The notes: a model not told the origin generated them from the sequence alone. Shown: positions 9,049-20,759, counted from the first letter of the stretch. The stretch: 64,000 nucleotides of DNA from Acidobacteriota bacterium (GCA_016192845.1 JACPTI010000091.1:11444-75443); one strand, 5' to 3'. Translations and numbers: made by a program.

Positions 9049-10125
9049 AAACGGCAGTTGCGCCTGTTCGTCGGGCGCGGCCACCAGGTCGGTGCAGAGG
9101 TTGTGGACGCTGACGCCGAGCAGCCTGATCGGCCGACGTCCCGCCTCCGTCCGGTCGAGCAGCGTCAGGGCGCGCGCGACGATCGACTCCTCGTCCTGGG
9201 TCGGATCGGCGCTGTGGCTGCGCGTGATCGTGGTGAAGTCGTGATAGCGCACCTTGATCGTCACGGTGCGGGCGTACCGCTCGTGCCGGACGAGCCACCC
9301 TGCCGCGTCGCGCGCCATGGCGACGATCGCGCTTCGAATCTCGCCGATGTCCGTCAGGTCGCGGGCAAAGGTGTTCTCGCTCCCGGACGACTTCGGGTCG
9401 TGCTCGGGGACGACCGGCCGGTCGTCTTCGCCGCGCGCGAGCTGCTGCAGCCAGTCGGCGAGCGAGCCGACGGTTTCACGCAGCAGGGCCGGATCGGCGG
9501 CGCGCACGTCGACGAGTGTCGCGATGCCCCGGGCGCGCAGCTTGCGCGCGGTGACCGGCCCCACCCCCCACAGCGCGTCGACCGGCAGTGCCCGCAGGAA
9601 CGTCTCGACCCGCTCGGGGGGAATCACCGTCAACCCGTCCGGCTTCTGCCATCCGGAGGCGATCTTCGCGAGGAACTTGTTCGGCGCGACGCCCGCGGAG
9701 GCCGTCAGGCCGGTCGCGTCGCGGACCTCCGCTTTCAGCCGCCGCGCTACGTTCGTGCCCAGCGTTTCGCCCCACGCGTTCTCGGTCACGTCGAGGTACG
9801 CCTCGTCCAGTGAGAGCGGCTCGACGAGCGGCGTCACGCGGCGGAAGATGTCGAAGATCTGCTGCGACACCGCGCGGTACTTCGTGAAGTCGGGCGGGAC
9901 GATCACGAGGGAGGGGCAGAGGCGGGACGCGCGGGCCATCGGCATGGCCGAGCGCACGCCGAACGCACGCGCCTCATAGCTTGCGGCCGCGACGACCCCG
10001 CGGTCGCCGGGGGCGCCGCCGACCGCCACCGGCCGGCCGCGCAGCTCCGGGTGGTCGCGCTGCTCGACCGACGCGTAGAACGCGTCCATGTCGATGTGCA
10101 GGATCCGCCTGACGCTGCCGTTCAC
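9043..10125 (-). CDS. dinB: DNA polymerase IV (Y-family)
   Basis: ILHIDMDAFYASVEQRD, SLDEAYLDVT, ...GVGPVTARKL. Proposed GTG start at 10125 after GGGGAAGATAGAAGC. The start is uncertain; the ORF track extends to 10302. Confidence 0.85.
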   Translation of the reverse strand: MNGSVRRILHIDMDAFYASVEQRDHPELRGRPVAVGGAPGDRGVVAAASYEARAFGVRSAMPMARASRLCPSLVIVPPDFTKYRAVSQQIFDIFRRVTPLVEPLSLDEAYLDVTENAWGETLGTNVARRLKAEVRDATGLTASAGVAPNKFLAKIASGWQKPDGLTVIPPERVETFLRALPVDALWGVGPVTARKLRARGIATLVDVRAADPALLRETVGSLADWLQQLARGEDDRPVVPEHDPKSSGSENTFARDLTDIGEIRSAIVAMARDAAGWLVRHERYARTVTIKVRYHDFTTITRSHSADPTQDEESIVARALTLLDRTEAGRRPIRLLGVSVHNLCTDLVAAPDEQAQLPFE

Positions 10126-10241
10126 GCTTCTATCTTCCCCGCCTTCGCGGCGCGGTTTCCAGCGCCGCTTCGGCGCGGCCTCGCCGTAGCTCGCGGACCA
10201 GTGCGGGCGAGCGGAGGCGGGCCCCTTCTGCGTTCCCGTTC

Positions 10242-13094
10242 GTGCGACAATGCTCCGGCGTGGACTCGAGACGCCACATCCTGAGACGCACCGGGGTGGC
10301 ATGCCTGCTGCTGGCCGCTCTGGTCGCGGCTGCGGCCGCGCAGGATCTCTCTGCGCCGCTGGGGCTCGACCCCGCCATCCGGACCGGGACGCTCGCGAAC
10401 GGCCTCGCGTTCTACATCCGCCGCAACACGCAGCCCGAAAGGCGCGCCGCGCTCCGCCTCGTGGTCCAGACGGGCTCGGTGGATGAGGCGGACGACCAGC
10501 GCGGCTTGGCGCACCTCGTCGAGCACATGGCGTTCAACGGGTCGGCGCACTTCAAGTCGGGCGAGCTCGTCAGCTATCTCGAGTCGATCGGTTCGCGCTT
10601 CGGTCCCGACGTGAACGCCTATACGAGCTTCGACGAGACGGTCTACATGCTCGAGGTCCCGACCGATCGCGACGGGATCGTGGCGCGCGGGCTCGAGGCG
10701 CTCGGCGACTTTGCCGGCGGCATCTCGCTGGACCCGGCCGAAGTCGACCGCGAGCGCGGCGTCGTCATCGAGGAGTGGCGGGGGCGCCAGGGCGCCGCCA
10801 CGCGGATGCAGGCGGCGCAGATGCGGGCGCTCTTCGGCGACTCACGGTACGCCGATCGCCTGCCGATTGGGCTGCCCGAGGTGCTGAAAGCCTTCCCCGT
10901 CGAGCGTCTTCGCGATTTCTACCGTGACCACTATCGTCCCGATCGCATGGCGGTCGTCGCCGTCGGCGATTTCGACCCCGCGGAGATGGAGGCCTTCATC
11001 CGGCGCTACTTCGGCGGGCTGCCGGCGGCGGCCCCGGCGCCGCGGCCGACCTATCCGGTGCCGCTGCACGGGGAGACGCGCTACGTCGCCGTCTCGGACC
11101 GTGAAGCGCAGGGGTCGTCTGTGACGGTGGTCCACAAGCGCCCGCTGACGCCGGTGCGGACGGTGGGCGAATACCGTGCCTCCGTCGTGCGGTCGCTGCT
11201 GCACAGCATGGTGAACGCGCGCTTTGCCGAGATCGCGCGTCGCCCGGACGCGCCCTTCCTGCGCGCCTCCTCGGGTGAATCGTGGCTCGGCCGCGACGTG
11301 GAGACCTTCACCGTGTCGGCCCGCGTAAACGACGGCGCCCTCGAGCGCGGGCTGGAGGCGATCGCGCAGGAGCTCGCGCGGCTGCGGCAGCACGGGTTCG
11401 GCGAAGCGGAGCTCGACCGCGCGAAGCGGGATCTGATTGCCGCCTACGAGCGCGCCTACAACGAGCGCGACAAGTCGCAGACCGGCGGCCTCGCCTCCGA
11501 GCTCGTGCGCCACGTCGTGTACGCGGAGCCGGCGCCCGGGATTGCGAAGGAGCTGGAGCTCGTGCGAGCCTTCGCGCCCGGGATCACCGTGGCGGAGATG
11601 AGCGCGCTCGTCCGGGCGCTGATTACCGACGATCGTCGCGTCGTGATCGCGTCGTTCCCCGAAAAAGAGGGGGTGCTGGCGGCGACCGACGCGAGCCTCC
11701 GGGAGGCGCTGCGCGCGGGCGCAGCGACCGCGGTGGCGCCGTGGCGCGACGAGGTGACCGGCCGCGAGCTGCTCGCCGCCCGCCCGACGCCCGGCCGCGT
11801 GCGAGAGCGCCGCGAGATTCCGGAGATCGGCGTCACGGTGCTGACGCTCGCGAACGGCGCCGAGGTGTGGCTCAAGCCGACCGACTTCCGCAACGACCAG
11901 ATCGCCTTCACGGCGTACGCGCCCGGCGGGACGTCCCTGGCGAGCGAGGCCGAATACCTCGACGCGTCGCTGAGCGCATCGCTCGTCGGCGTCGCGGGCG
12001 TCGGCGGCTTCACGCCGGTCGACCTCGGCAAGGTGCTGGCAGGCCGCATCGCGAATGCGTCGGCGTTCATGTCGACCTACACCCACGGGATCTCTGGTGG
12101 GAGCACGCCCCGCGACCTCGAAGCGGCGCTCCAGCTCGTGTACCTGCACTTCACGGCGTCGAACCGCGACCCGGAGGCGTTCGCGCTGCTCACCCGGCGG
12201 CTGGAGGCCAGCCTGGCGAACCAGGCGCAGAGTCCGGGCGCCGTCTTCGGCGAGCGTGTCCGCGGGCTGAACACGATGGACCATTACGCGATGCGGCCGA
12301 TGCGGCCGGAGGACGTCGGGCGGCTGCGCGCCGACCGCATGGCCGTCTATTACGACGCGCGGTTCCGCAACGCCGCGGATTTCACCTTCTTTTTCGTCGG
12401 CGCGTTCACGGTGGACGAGATCGCGCCGCTCGTCGAGACGTACCTCGGGTCGCTCCCGTCGACCGGCAGGCGCGAGTCGCAGGCGCGCGATCTCCGCCTG
12501 CAGTTTCCGGCCGGCATCTTGCGGGAGACGGTGCGCAAGGGGCAGGAGCCGCGGAGTCAGACCGCCATCACGTTCTTCTCCGACACCGGCCTCGACGAGC
12601 TGGAGTCGCACCGGCTCCGCGCGGCGACGACCGTGCTGCAGATGCGGCTGCGCGACGTGCTGCGGGAGGAGCTGAGCGGCACGTATTCGGTGGGCGTCGT
12701 CCACGCCGACACCGCGCCCATCCCGGGGTACGCGACGACCACCGTGCAGTTCGGCAGCGCGCCGGACAACGCCGAGCGGCTCACGGCCGTGGTGCTGACC
12801 GAGCTCGATCGCCTGCGCCGCGAGGGGCCGCCGGAGGCGGACGTGCAGGCGGTGAAGGAAACCGAGAAGCGCGAGCTCGAGACGGCGCTGCGCCAGAACG
12901 GCTACTGGTTGAACTCGCTGCAGGCGATGCATATGCTCGGGCGCGACCCGCGGCGGATCCTCCAGCGGGCCGAGCGCGCGGACGCGCTGACGCGCGAGAA
13001 CATCCACGAAGCGGTCCGCAAATACTTTCCGCCCGATCGCCACACCGTGGTCACGCTGATGCCGGAGGCGAGCGGCTCCGGCGCCGCGCAGTAA
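10242..13094 (+). CDS. M16-family (insulinase/pitrilysin-like) zinc protease, two-module fused form
   Basis: Inverted zinc motif HLVEHMAFNGS. Signal-like N-terminus. 950 aa, consistent with fused active and inactive M16 halves. Confidence 0.85.
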   Translation: MRQCSGVDSRRHILRRTGVACLLLAALVAAAAAQDLSAPLGLDPAIRTGTLANGLAFYIRRNTQPERRAALRLVVQTGSVDEADDQRGLAHLVEHMAFNGSAHFKSGELVSYLESIGSRFGPDVNAYTSFDETVYMLEVPTDRDGIVARGLEALGDFAGGISLDPAEVDRERGVVIEEWRGRQGAATRMQAAQMRALFGDSRYADRLPIGLPEVLKAFPVERLRDFYRDHYRPDRMAVVAVGDFDPAEMEAFIRRYFGGLPAAAPAPRPTYPVPLHGETRYVAVSDREAQGSSVTVVHKRPLTPVRTVGEYRASVVRSLLHSMVNARFAEIARRPDAPFLRASSGESWLGRDVETFTVSARVNDGALERGLEAIAQELARLRQHGFGEAELDRAKRDLIAAYERAYNERDKSQTGGLASELVRHVVYAEPAPGIAKELELVRAFAPGITVAEMSALVRALITDDRRVVIASFPEKEGVLAATDASLREALRAGAATAVAPWRDEVTGRELLAARPTPGRVRERREIPEIGVTVLTLANGAEVWLKPTDFRNDQIAFTAYAPGGTSLASEAEYLDASLSASLVGVAGVGGFTPVDLGKVLAGRIANASAFMSTYTHGISGGSTPRDLEAALQLVYLHFTASNRDPEAFALLTRRLEASLANQAQSPGAVFGERVRGLNTMDHYAMRPMRPEDVGRLRADRMAVYYDARFRNAADFTFFFVGAFTVDEIAPLVETYLGSLPSTGRRESQARDLRLQFPAGILRETVRKGQEPRSQTAITFFSDTGLDELESHRLRAATTVLQMRLRDVLREELSGTYSVGVVHADTAPIPGYATTTVQFGSAPDNAERLTAVVLTELDRLRREGPPEADVQAVKETEKRELETALRQNGYWLNSLQAMHMLGRDPRRILQRAERADALTRENIHEAVRKYFPPDRHTVVTLMPEASGSGAAQ

Positions 13095-13136
13095 GGCGCG
13101 TAAGCTGCCCACAGTATGTCGTCCCCTTCGGTGCGG

Positions 13137-13194
13137 GTGTTCGGCTTTGGCCGGACACTCGTTAGTACGTAGTGTTCGGCCTTCAGCCGGACAT
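13137..13194. repeat. Two degenerate REP-like palindromes
   Basis: GTGTTCGGCTTTGGCCGGACAC (13137-13158) and GTGTTCGGCCTTCAGCCGGACAT (13172-13194). Confidence 0.8.
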
Positions 13195-13266
13195 TGGCGT
13201 GACAGGTCCGATTCGGCCGGTTGACGCGCGATAAGCGCGCTCGCCAGGCGGCTGATCTCTCTGGAT

Positions 13267-13707
13267 ATGAAGGAACGAGCAGACAACCTGCGGTCGCAGG
13301 TCGACTCCGCGCTCGCGTCGCTCGGCGCGCTCACCGAAGCCGACGTCACGGCGCCGCGCGGTCCCGGCAAATGGGTCAAGAAGGAGATCCTCGGCCATCT
13401 CATCGACTCCGCCGCGAACAACCATCAGCGGTTCGTGCGCGCGCAGCTGGCGGAGAGCTACGCGGGACCCGGGTACGAGCAGGAGGCGTGGGTGGCCGCG
13501 CAGCGGTACCGCCAGCGCCCGTGGACCGAGCTGGTGGAGCTCTGGGCCGTGCTGAACCGCCACGTGGCGCACGCGATGGAGTCGGTGCCCGCGGCGAAGC
13601 TGCAGACCCGCTGCACGATAGGCGACGCTGAGCCGGTCACGCTCGAATGGCTGATGCGCGACTACCTGCGACATCTCCGCCATCATCTCGCACAGATCCT
13701 GAGCTGA
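13267..13707 (+). CDS. DinB/YfiT-like four-helix-bundle protein
   Basis: ..KWVKKEILGHLIDSAANNHQRFV...HLRHHLAQI: His triad pattern of the DinB_2 superfamily. Confidence 0.7.
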   Translation: MKERADNLRSQVDSALASLGALTEADVTAPRGPGKWVKKEILGHLIDSAANNHQRFVRAQLAESYAGPGYEQEAWVAAQRYRQRPWTELVELWAVLNRHVAHAMESVPAAKLQTRCTIGDAEPVTLEWLMRDYLRHLRHHLAQILS

Positions 13708-13726
13708 GCTAGCGGCGACGGAGTAC

Positions 13727-13882
13727 GTGGCGTCCGGCTTCAGCCGGACCAGGACGTATCTGACATTCCGCCGCAAGGATGCCGACGGCGGCGCAGTTCG
13801 GCGTGGCCCGTGGCGGGCGCAATTCAGTCCGGCTGAAGCCGGACACCACGTCCGATGCGGTCCGGCTGAAGCGGGACGCCAC
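13727..13882. repeat. Cluster of three REP-like palindromes in alternating orientation (BIME-like)
   Basis: GTGGCGTCCGGCTTCAGCCGGAC (13727-13749), GTCCGGCTGAAGCCGGACACCAC (13827-13849) and GTCCGGCTGAAGCGGGACGCCAC (13860-13882). Confidence 0.9.
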
Positions 13883-13932
13883 GCACTCCGGTCGCTTGGT
13901 ATACTCCGAATTTCGGGATCCACCGCACAGCG

Positions 13933-15603
<1,671 letters not shown>

Positions 15604-15621
15604 ATTCGGTTGGAGGATGTC

Positions 15622-16140
15622 ATGAATGCTGAACAAGCCCAGTTCCTGGCGGACTTCTTCGCCAAGGCGATGGAGAACGAGTTTCAGGCGACGTGTAAAG
15701 TGCTGGCGGCCGTGCCGGACGCACGACGCGACTACAAGCCGGATGAGAAGTCGCGAACGGCGTGGGAGCTGGCGACGCATCTTGCCGCGGGCGATATCTG
15801 GTTCATCGACAGCATCTGCAACGGCGCGTTCACCTTCGATCCCGACGCCGAGAAAAAGATGGCGGCTGGCTTCGAGACCGTCGCTGACGTTGTGGAGTTC
15901 TACACACGCGAGTTCCCCCGGCGCCTCGAGCGGCTTCGCTCGACGCCGGGTGAGAAGCTCGCCCAGGTCGTCGACTTCTTCGGCATGATGCAGCAGCCCG
16001 CAGCGAGTTTCCTCGTCTTCGCGAACAATCACGGCATCCACCACCGGGGGCAGCTCGCCTCGTACCTCCGCGCAATGGGATCGAAGGTGCCAGCCATCTA
16101 CGGCGGCAGCGCCGACGAGCCGATGGCCGCCGCCAGCTAG
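15622..16140 (+). CDS. DinB-family protein
   Basis: The ATG at 15622 is preceded by GGAGGA. ...HLAAGDIWF...NHGIHHRGQLASYLR. Confidence 0.7.
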   Translation: MNAEQAQFLADFFAKAMENEFQATCKVLAAVPDARRDYKPDEKSRTAWELATHLAAGDIWFIDSICNGAFTFDPDAEKKMAAGFETVADVVEFYTREFPRRLERLRSTPGEKLAQVVDFFGMMQQPAASFLVFANNHGIHHRGQLASYLRAMGSKVPAIYGGSADEPMAAAS

Positions 16141-17937
16141 GTGTCGTTCCCCGACCTCCGCGCCTTCATCGAGCGCCTCCGCCGTGACGACGACCTCGTC
16201 ACGGTGGAGGCGCCGGTCGACCCGTACCTGGAGATTGCGGAAATCCACCGCCGCGTCGTGGCCGCCGGCGGGCCGGCGCTGCTCTTTACGAACGTCGCCC
16301 GATCCGACTTTCGGCTGGTCACGAACCTGTTCGGCACGGCGCGGCGTGCGGAGCTCGCGTTTGGCGAGCGGCCGATGCGCCTGGTCCGCCGCCTTGTCCA
16401 GCTCGTGGAGACGCTGCTGCCGCCGAGCCTCCCGGGGTTGTGGGGCGCGCGCGACGTCGCGCTCGAGCTCCTCAAGATCGGCACCCGCCGTATCGCCCGG
16501 GGCCCGGTCGTCGAGCGGGTGTCGAGGAGTCTTGGTCTCGACCAGCTCCCCGTCCTGACGTGCTGGCCCGAGGACGGCGGCCCCTTCATCACGCTCCCGC
16601 TGGTGTATACGGCGCACCCTGACGGCCGCGGTCACAATCTCGGCATGTACCGCATGCAGGTCCACGGCCCTCGGACCACGGGCATGCACTGGCAGATTGG
16701 CAAGGGCGGCGGCTTTCATTACGCGATCGCCGAGGCGTGCGGCCGGCCGCTGCCCGCGACGGTCTTTCTGGGCGGACCGCCAGCGCTCATCCTGTCCGCC
16801 ATGGCGCCGCTGCCGGAAAACGTGCCGGAACTGCTGCTCGCGTCGCTGATTGCGGGCGAACGCCTGCCGCAGGTGCACGGCCACGGGCCGCATCCGCTCA
16901 TCGCCACCGCGGAATTCGCGCTCATTGGCGACGTCCCGCCGCACGCCCGCCGGCCGGAAGGCCCGTTCGGCGACCATTACGGCTACTACTCGCTGCAGCA
17001 CGACTACCCGGTGTTCGAGGTGCAGGCGGTCGCGCACCGCGCCGACGCGATCTTTCCGGCCACGGTCGTCGGCAAGCCGCGGCAGGAGGACTTCTACGTC
17101 GGCGATCTGCTGCAGGAGCTGCTGTCGCCGCTGTTTCCACTGGTCATGCCCGCGGTGGAGAAGCTGTGGTCGTACGGTGAAACCGGCTACCACTCGCTCG
17201 CCGCTGCCGTTGTGAAGCAGCGTTACGCGCGCGAGGCGATGGCCAGCGCGTTCCGGATCCTCGGCGAAGGGCAGCTCTCGCTCACGAAGTTCCTGCTCGT
17301 GACCGACCGGCACGTCGAGGTGCGGAACTTTCCGGCGACGCTCGAGCACATCCTCGAGCGGACGAACACCGAGACCGACCTGTACGTGTTCTCGAACCTG
17401 TCGATGGACACGCTCGACTACACCGGCCCGGCGGTTAACGAAGGATCGAAGGGCGTGTGGCTGGGGCTTGGCGGGCCGGTGCGGGCGCTGCCGCGGCAGT
17501 TCACGGGCGCCGTTCCCGCCGGCGTCACCGACGTCCGGGTGTTCTGCGGCGGGTGCCTGGTGGTAGGCGCGGCGCCCTACGCATCAGAGCCAGAGGCGGC
17601 TGCCCGGCTGGCGTCCGAGAGGGCTTTCACGGACTGGCCGCTGCTGGTGCTGACCGACGAGCCCGCCCGTGCGGCGGCCAGCCCGATGAATTTTCTCTGG
17701 ACGACCTTTACGCGCTTCGAACCGGCAGCGGACATTCACGCCGCCGAACGCCGGATCGTCCGCAACCACGTCGCCTATCGGGCGCCGATTGTCATCGATG
17801 CACGGTTGAAGCCGGGCTTCCCCAAGGAACTGACGTGCCGCGATGACATCGCGCAGCGCGTGACCGCACGATGGCGCGAATACTTCCCCACCGGGAAGGT
17901 CGAGATGGGAGATTCCGAGCGAGCCCATCTCGATTGA
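16141..17937 (+). CDS. UbiD-family (prenyl-FMN dependent) decarboxylase, long form
   Basis: FPDLRAFIERLRRDDDLVTVEAPVDPYLEIAEIHRRV..GGPALLFTNV.. is a typical UbiD N-terminus. GTG start adjoining the previous stop. Confidence 0.8.
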   Translation: MSFPDLRAFIERLRRDDDLVTVEAPVDPYLEIAEIHRRVVAAGGPALLFTNVARSDFRLVTNLFGTARRAELAFGERPMRLVRRLVQLVETLLPPSLPGLWGARDVALELLKIGTRRIARGPVVERVSRSLGLDQLPVLTCWPEDGGPFITLPLVYTAHPDGRGHNLGMYRMQVHGPRTTGMHWQIGKGGGFHYAIAEACGRPLPATVFLGGPPALILSAMAPLPENVPELLLASLIAGERLPQVHGHGPHPLIATAEFALIGDVPPHARRPEGPFGDHYGYYSLQHDYPVFEVQAVAHRADAIFPATVVGKPRQEDFYVGDLLQELLSPLFPLVMPAVEKLWSYGETGYHSLAAAVVKQRYAREAMASAFRILGEGQLSLTKFLLVTDRHVEVRNFPATLEHILERTNTETDLYVFSNLSMDTLDYTGPAVNEGSKGVWLGLGGPVRALPRQFTGAVPAGVTDVRVFCGGCLVVGAAPYASEPEAAARLASERAFTDWPLLVLTDEPARAAASPMNFLWTTFTRFEPAADIHAAERRIVRNHVAYRAPIVIDARLKPGFPKELTCRDDIAQRVTARWREYFPTGKVEMGDSERAHLD

Positions 17938-18043
17938 CGCGATATCACGCCGCGCGATCGCTCGATCTGCCGCTCATCACGCGGGACGGACACATTCAGG
18001 AGTCGGGGGCAGTCCGGGTTCTCTGGTAGGCATGCGGAGTGGT

Positions 18044-18066
18044 GGGGCCGGCCTTCAGGCCGGCCC
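18044..18066. repeat. REP-like palindrome variant
   Basis: GGGGCCGGCCTTCAGGCCGGCCC, immediately downstream of the apaG stop. Confidence 0.7.
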
Positions 18067-18072
18067 GTGCGG

Positions 18073-18456
18073 TTAGTGGAGGGCGTGGGGCGCCGCGAGC
18101 GTAAACGGGGCGATCACGGCGTCGAACTTCTCGCCGGTGGCCGTTACCATCTGGTAGCTGCCCTGCATCGACCCGACCGGGGTCTTTAGCGGACAATAGC
18201 TGGTGTATTCGAACGAGCTGCCCGGGGTCAGCATCGGCTGCTCGCCGACGACGCCGGGGCCCTTCACCCGCTCGACCTCGCCTTCTGCGCTCGTGATGAT
18301 CCATTCACGAGAGACGAGCTGCGCGGTTTCGGAGCCGACGTTGGAAATGCGCACGTGGTACGCAAACAGATAATGACCGTCGCGCGGCGAACTCTGATCG
18401 GCGAGATACGAGCTCTTGACCTGAATCCGGATGCCGCGCGTCGTCGTATCGCTCAT
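18073..18456 (-). CDS. apaG: ApaG (DUF525) protein
   Basis: MSDTTTRGIRIQV...YLFAYHVRISN...W.ITSAEGEVERVKGPGVVGEQP. I chose the ATG at 18456 because the longer ORF-track start runs through the repeat. Confidence 0.85.
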   Translation of the reverse strand: MSDTTTRGIRIQVKSSYLADQSSPRDGHYLFAYHVRISNVGSETAQLVSREWIITSAEGEVERVKGPGVVGEQPMLTPGSSFEYTSYCPLKTPVGSMQGSYQMVTATGEKFDAVIAPFTLAAPHALH

Positions 18457-18536
18457 CGTGGTTGGTGGTTGGTGGTTGGTGGTTCGCGGTTGAGTTCGGG
18501 CGCGACCACCAACCACCAACCACCAACCACGAACCG
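18457..18536. repeat. Heptamer-arm hairpin (GGTTGGT units / ACCAACC units), stem of about 30 bp
   Basis: The left arm CGTGGTTGGTGGTTGGTGGTTGGTGGTTCGCG pairs with the right arm CGCGACCACCAACCACCAACCACCAACCACGAA. It fills the divergent apaG/ABC gap. Confidence 0.9.
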
Positions 18537-18548
18537 TAATTGTATGGC

Positions 18549-20459
18549 ATGGTGAACTTCCACGCGACGCGCACCGGCGAAAAGTCGGGCCGCAGCATCG
18601 TCGGGACGCTCGGGACCGACGCCGACCGGAAGCGGCGCGTGGCCGCCTCGGCCGCGTGGCGTGAGGCGCGCGAGCTGCTCTGGACGCACCGCCGGCGGCT
18701 CGGCCTCGGCCTCGCGCTCATGCTCGTCGGGCGCGTGTCGGGGCTCGTGCTTCCTGCTTCGTCCAAGTGGCTGATCGACGAGGTGATCGGCCGGGGTCGC
18801 ACCGACCTGCTCCTCCCGATCGCGCTCGCGGCCGGTGCGGCCACGCTCGTCCAGGCGGTGACGGCGTTCTCGCTGTCGCAAATTCTCGGCGTCGCCGCGC
18901 AGCGCGCGATCACCGAGATGCGCAAGCGCGTCCAGGCGCGCGTGATGCGATTGCCGATCCGGTACTTCGACTCGACGCAGACCGGCGCGCTCGTGTCCCG
19001 CATCATGACCGATGCCGAGGGCATCCGGAACCTCGTCGGCACCGGCCTCGTGCAGCTCGCCGGCGGCATCGTCACCGCCGTCATGGGCCTGGCCGTGCTG
19101 TTCTGGCTGAACTGGTGGCTGACGACAATCACGTTGCTCGTGCTCGGGGCGTTCGGCGGCGGCATGGCATATGCCTTCCGGACGCTGCGCCCGCTCTTCC
19201 GTGAGCGCGGCAAGATCAACGCCGAGGTGACCGGCCGCCTGACCGAGGCGCTCGGCGGCATCCGCATCGTCAAGTCGTACACGGCGGAGCACCGCGAGGC
19301 GATCGTCTTCGCGAAAGGCGCGCACCGGCTGCTTCGCAACGTCGCGAAGTCAATGACCGGCGTGTCGGCGACCACCGCCGGCAGCACGGTCGTCGTCGGC
19401 ATCATCGGCGTGCTGATGATCTGGCTTGGCGGCCGCGCGATCATCGCGGGCGAGATGACGCTCGGCGACCTCATCATGTACATCTTCTTCATCGGGCTCG
19501 TTGCGGCGCCGCTCGTATCGATTGCGTCGATTGGGACGCAGATTACCGAGGCGCTCGCCGGCCTCGATCGGATCCGCGAAATCCTCGATATGCCTACCGA
19601 GATCGACGAAGACTCGAGTCGCCGGCCGGTCGATCGCCTCAGGGGCGAGGTCGCGTTCGAGCACGTCTGGTTCGAGTACACGCCGGGCCAGCCGGTGCTG
19701 CGAGGCGTGTCGTTCCGTGCGGCGCCCGGAACGACGACGGCGCTCGTCGGGTCGAGCGGCTCGGGCAAGAGCACGCTGATCAGCCTGGTGATGGCGTTCA
19801 ATCGCCCTACGAAGGGGCGCATCGTCGCCGACGGCCGCGACCTGGCGGAGATCAAGCTGATCGACTACCGCGAGCAGCTGGCGTCGGTGCTGCAGGACAA
19901 CTTCCTGTTCGACGGGACGATTGCCGAGAACGTGGAGTATGCGAAGCCCCGCGCGACGCTCGAGGAGATCAAGGAGGCGTGCCGCATCGCGCACTGCGAC
20001 GAGTTCATCGAGCGGTTCCCCGACAGCTATCAGACGGTCGTCGGCGAGCGCGGGATCAAGCTCTCGGGCGGGCAGCGGCAGCGCGTCTCGATCGCGCGCG
20101 CGCTTCTGGCCGACCCGCGGATTCTCATCCTGGACGAGGCGACGTCGAGCCTCGACAGCGAGAGCGAGCAGATGATTCAGGACGGCCTGCGCCGCCTGCG
20201 GTCGGGCCGCACGACGTTCGTCATCGCCCATCGTCTGTCCACGATCCGCAGCGCCGACCAGATCCTGGTGCTCGAGGCCGGCGACATCGTCGAGCGCGGG
20301 ACGCACGCCGAGCTGCTCGCGCTCAACGGCCGCTACCGGCAGCTCTACGACAAGCAGTACCGGTTCGAGACCGACCGGTTCATCAACCCGGGGGAGGATT
20401 TCACGCCGGAGCCCGAGAAGCCGGTCATTCCGCCGCCGCGGGTGGGCACGGCGTTGTAA
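18549..20459 (+). CDS. ABC exporter, fused permease + ATPase (MsbA/multidrug-like)
   Basis: Six-TM N-half, then [39 protein letters not shown] at 18549; the ORF-track TTG is at 18540. Confidence 0.85.
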   Translation: MVNFHATRTGEKSGRSIVGTLGTDADRKRRVAASAAWREARELLWTHRRRLGLGLALMLVGRVSGLVLPASSKWLIDEVIGRGRTDLLLPIALAAGAATLVQAVTAFSLSQILGVAAQRAITEMRKRVQARVMRLPIRYFDSTQTGALVSRIMTDAEGIRNLVGTGLVQLAGGIVTAVMGLAVLFWLNWWLTTITLLVLGAFGGGMAYAFRTLRPLFRERGKINAEVTGRLTEALGGIRIVKSYTAEHREAIVFAKGAHRLLRNVAKSMTGVSATTAGSTVVVGIIGVLMIWLGGRAIIAGEMTLGDLIMYIFFIGLVAAPLVSIASIGTQITEALAGLDRIREILDMPTEIDEDSSRRPVDRLRGEVAFEHVWFEYTPGQPVLRGVSFRAAPGTTTALVGSSGSGKSTLISLVMAFNRPTKGRIVADGRDLAEIKLIDYREQLASVLQDNFLFDGTIAENVEYAKPRATLEEIKEACRIAHCDEFIERFPDSYQTVVGERGIKLSGGQRQRVSIARALLADPRILILDEATSSLDSESEQMIQDGLRRLRSGRTTFVIAHRLSTIRSADQILVLEAGDIVERGTHAELLALNGRYRQLYDKQYRFETDRFINPGEDFTPEPEKPVIPPPRVGTAL

Positions 20460-20470
20460 ACGGGAGATAC

Positions 20471-20725
20471 ATGCGACAGCAGCACGAAGTGGATTTTCGG
20501 ATCGTCGGCGACGACATGCAGTTCGTCGAGGTGGAGCTCGATCCCGGAGAGAGCGCCATCGCCGAAGCCGGCTCGATGATGTACATGACGTGGCTGCAGT
20601 CACTGCCGTTCAGCCGCATGGCCGATCGGATCTACAAGGCGGCGCCGGCCGCCGGCGGGAGCCGCCGCGAGGGGGGCTCGATCCTCGGCGGCCTCGGCGA
20701 TCTGCTCGACGGCGATTCCCACTAG
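20471..20725 (+). pseudogene. AIM24/TIGR00266-family remnant (N-terminus and C-terminal Gly-rich tail only)
   Basis: [39 protein letters not shown] matches the family N-terminus. ...[15 protein letters not shown] matches the usual C-terminal tail. It is 84 aa, versus the 220-270 aa I recall for the family. Confidence 0.5.
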
Positions 20726-20759
20726 GTAGCTGGGCAGCGGGGTGGCTGAGTAGCTCGGT

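Noticed and set aside
10842-13421. Very long antisense ORFs opposite real genes: 10842..13421 (-), 15160..17349 (-), 29738..33763 (+), 35511..38084 (-), 43703..45091 (-), 55819..57609 (-), and many 100-400-aa ORFs rich in R/A/P/G.
   Set aside because: In DNA of about 70% G+C, stop codons are rare in all frames. These translations are low-complexity Arg/Ala/Pro/Gly strings without motifs. Each lies opposite, or out of frame with, a gene that carries clear family signatures.
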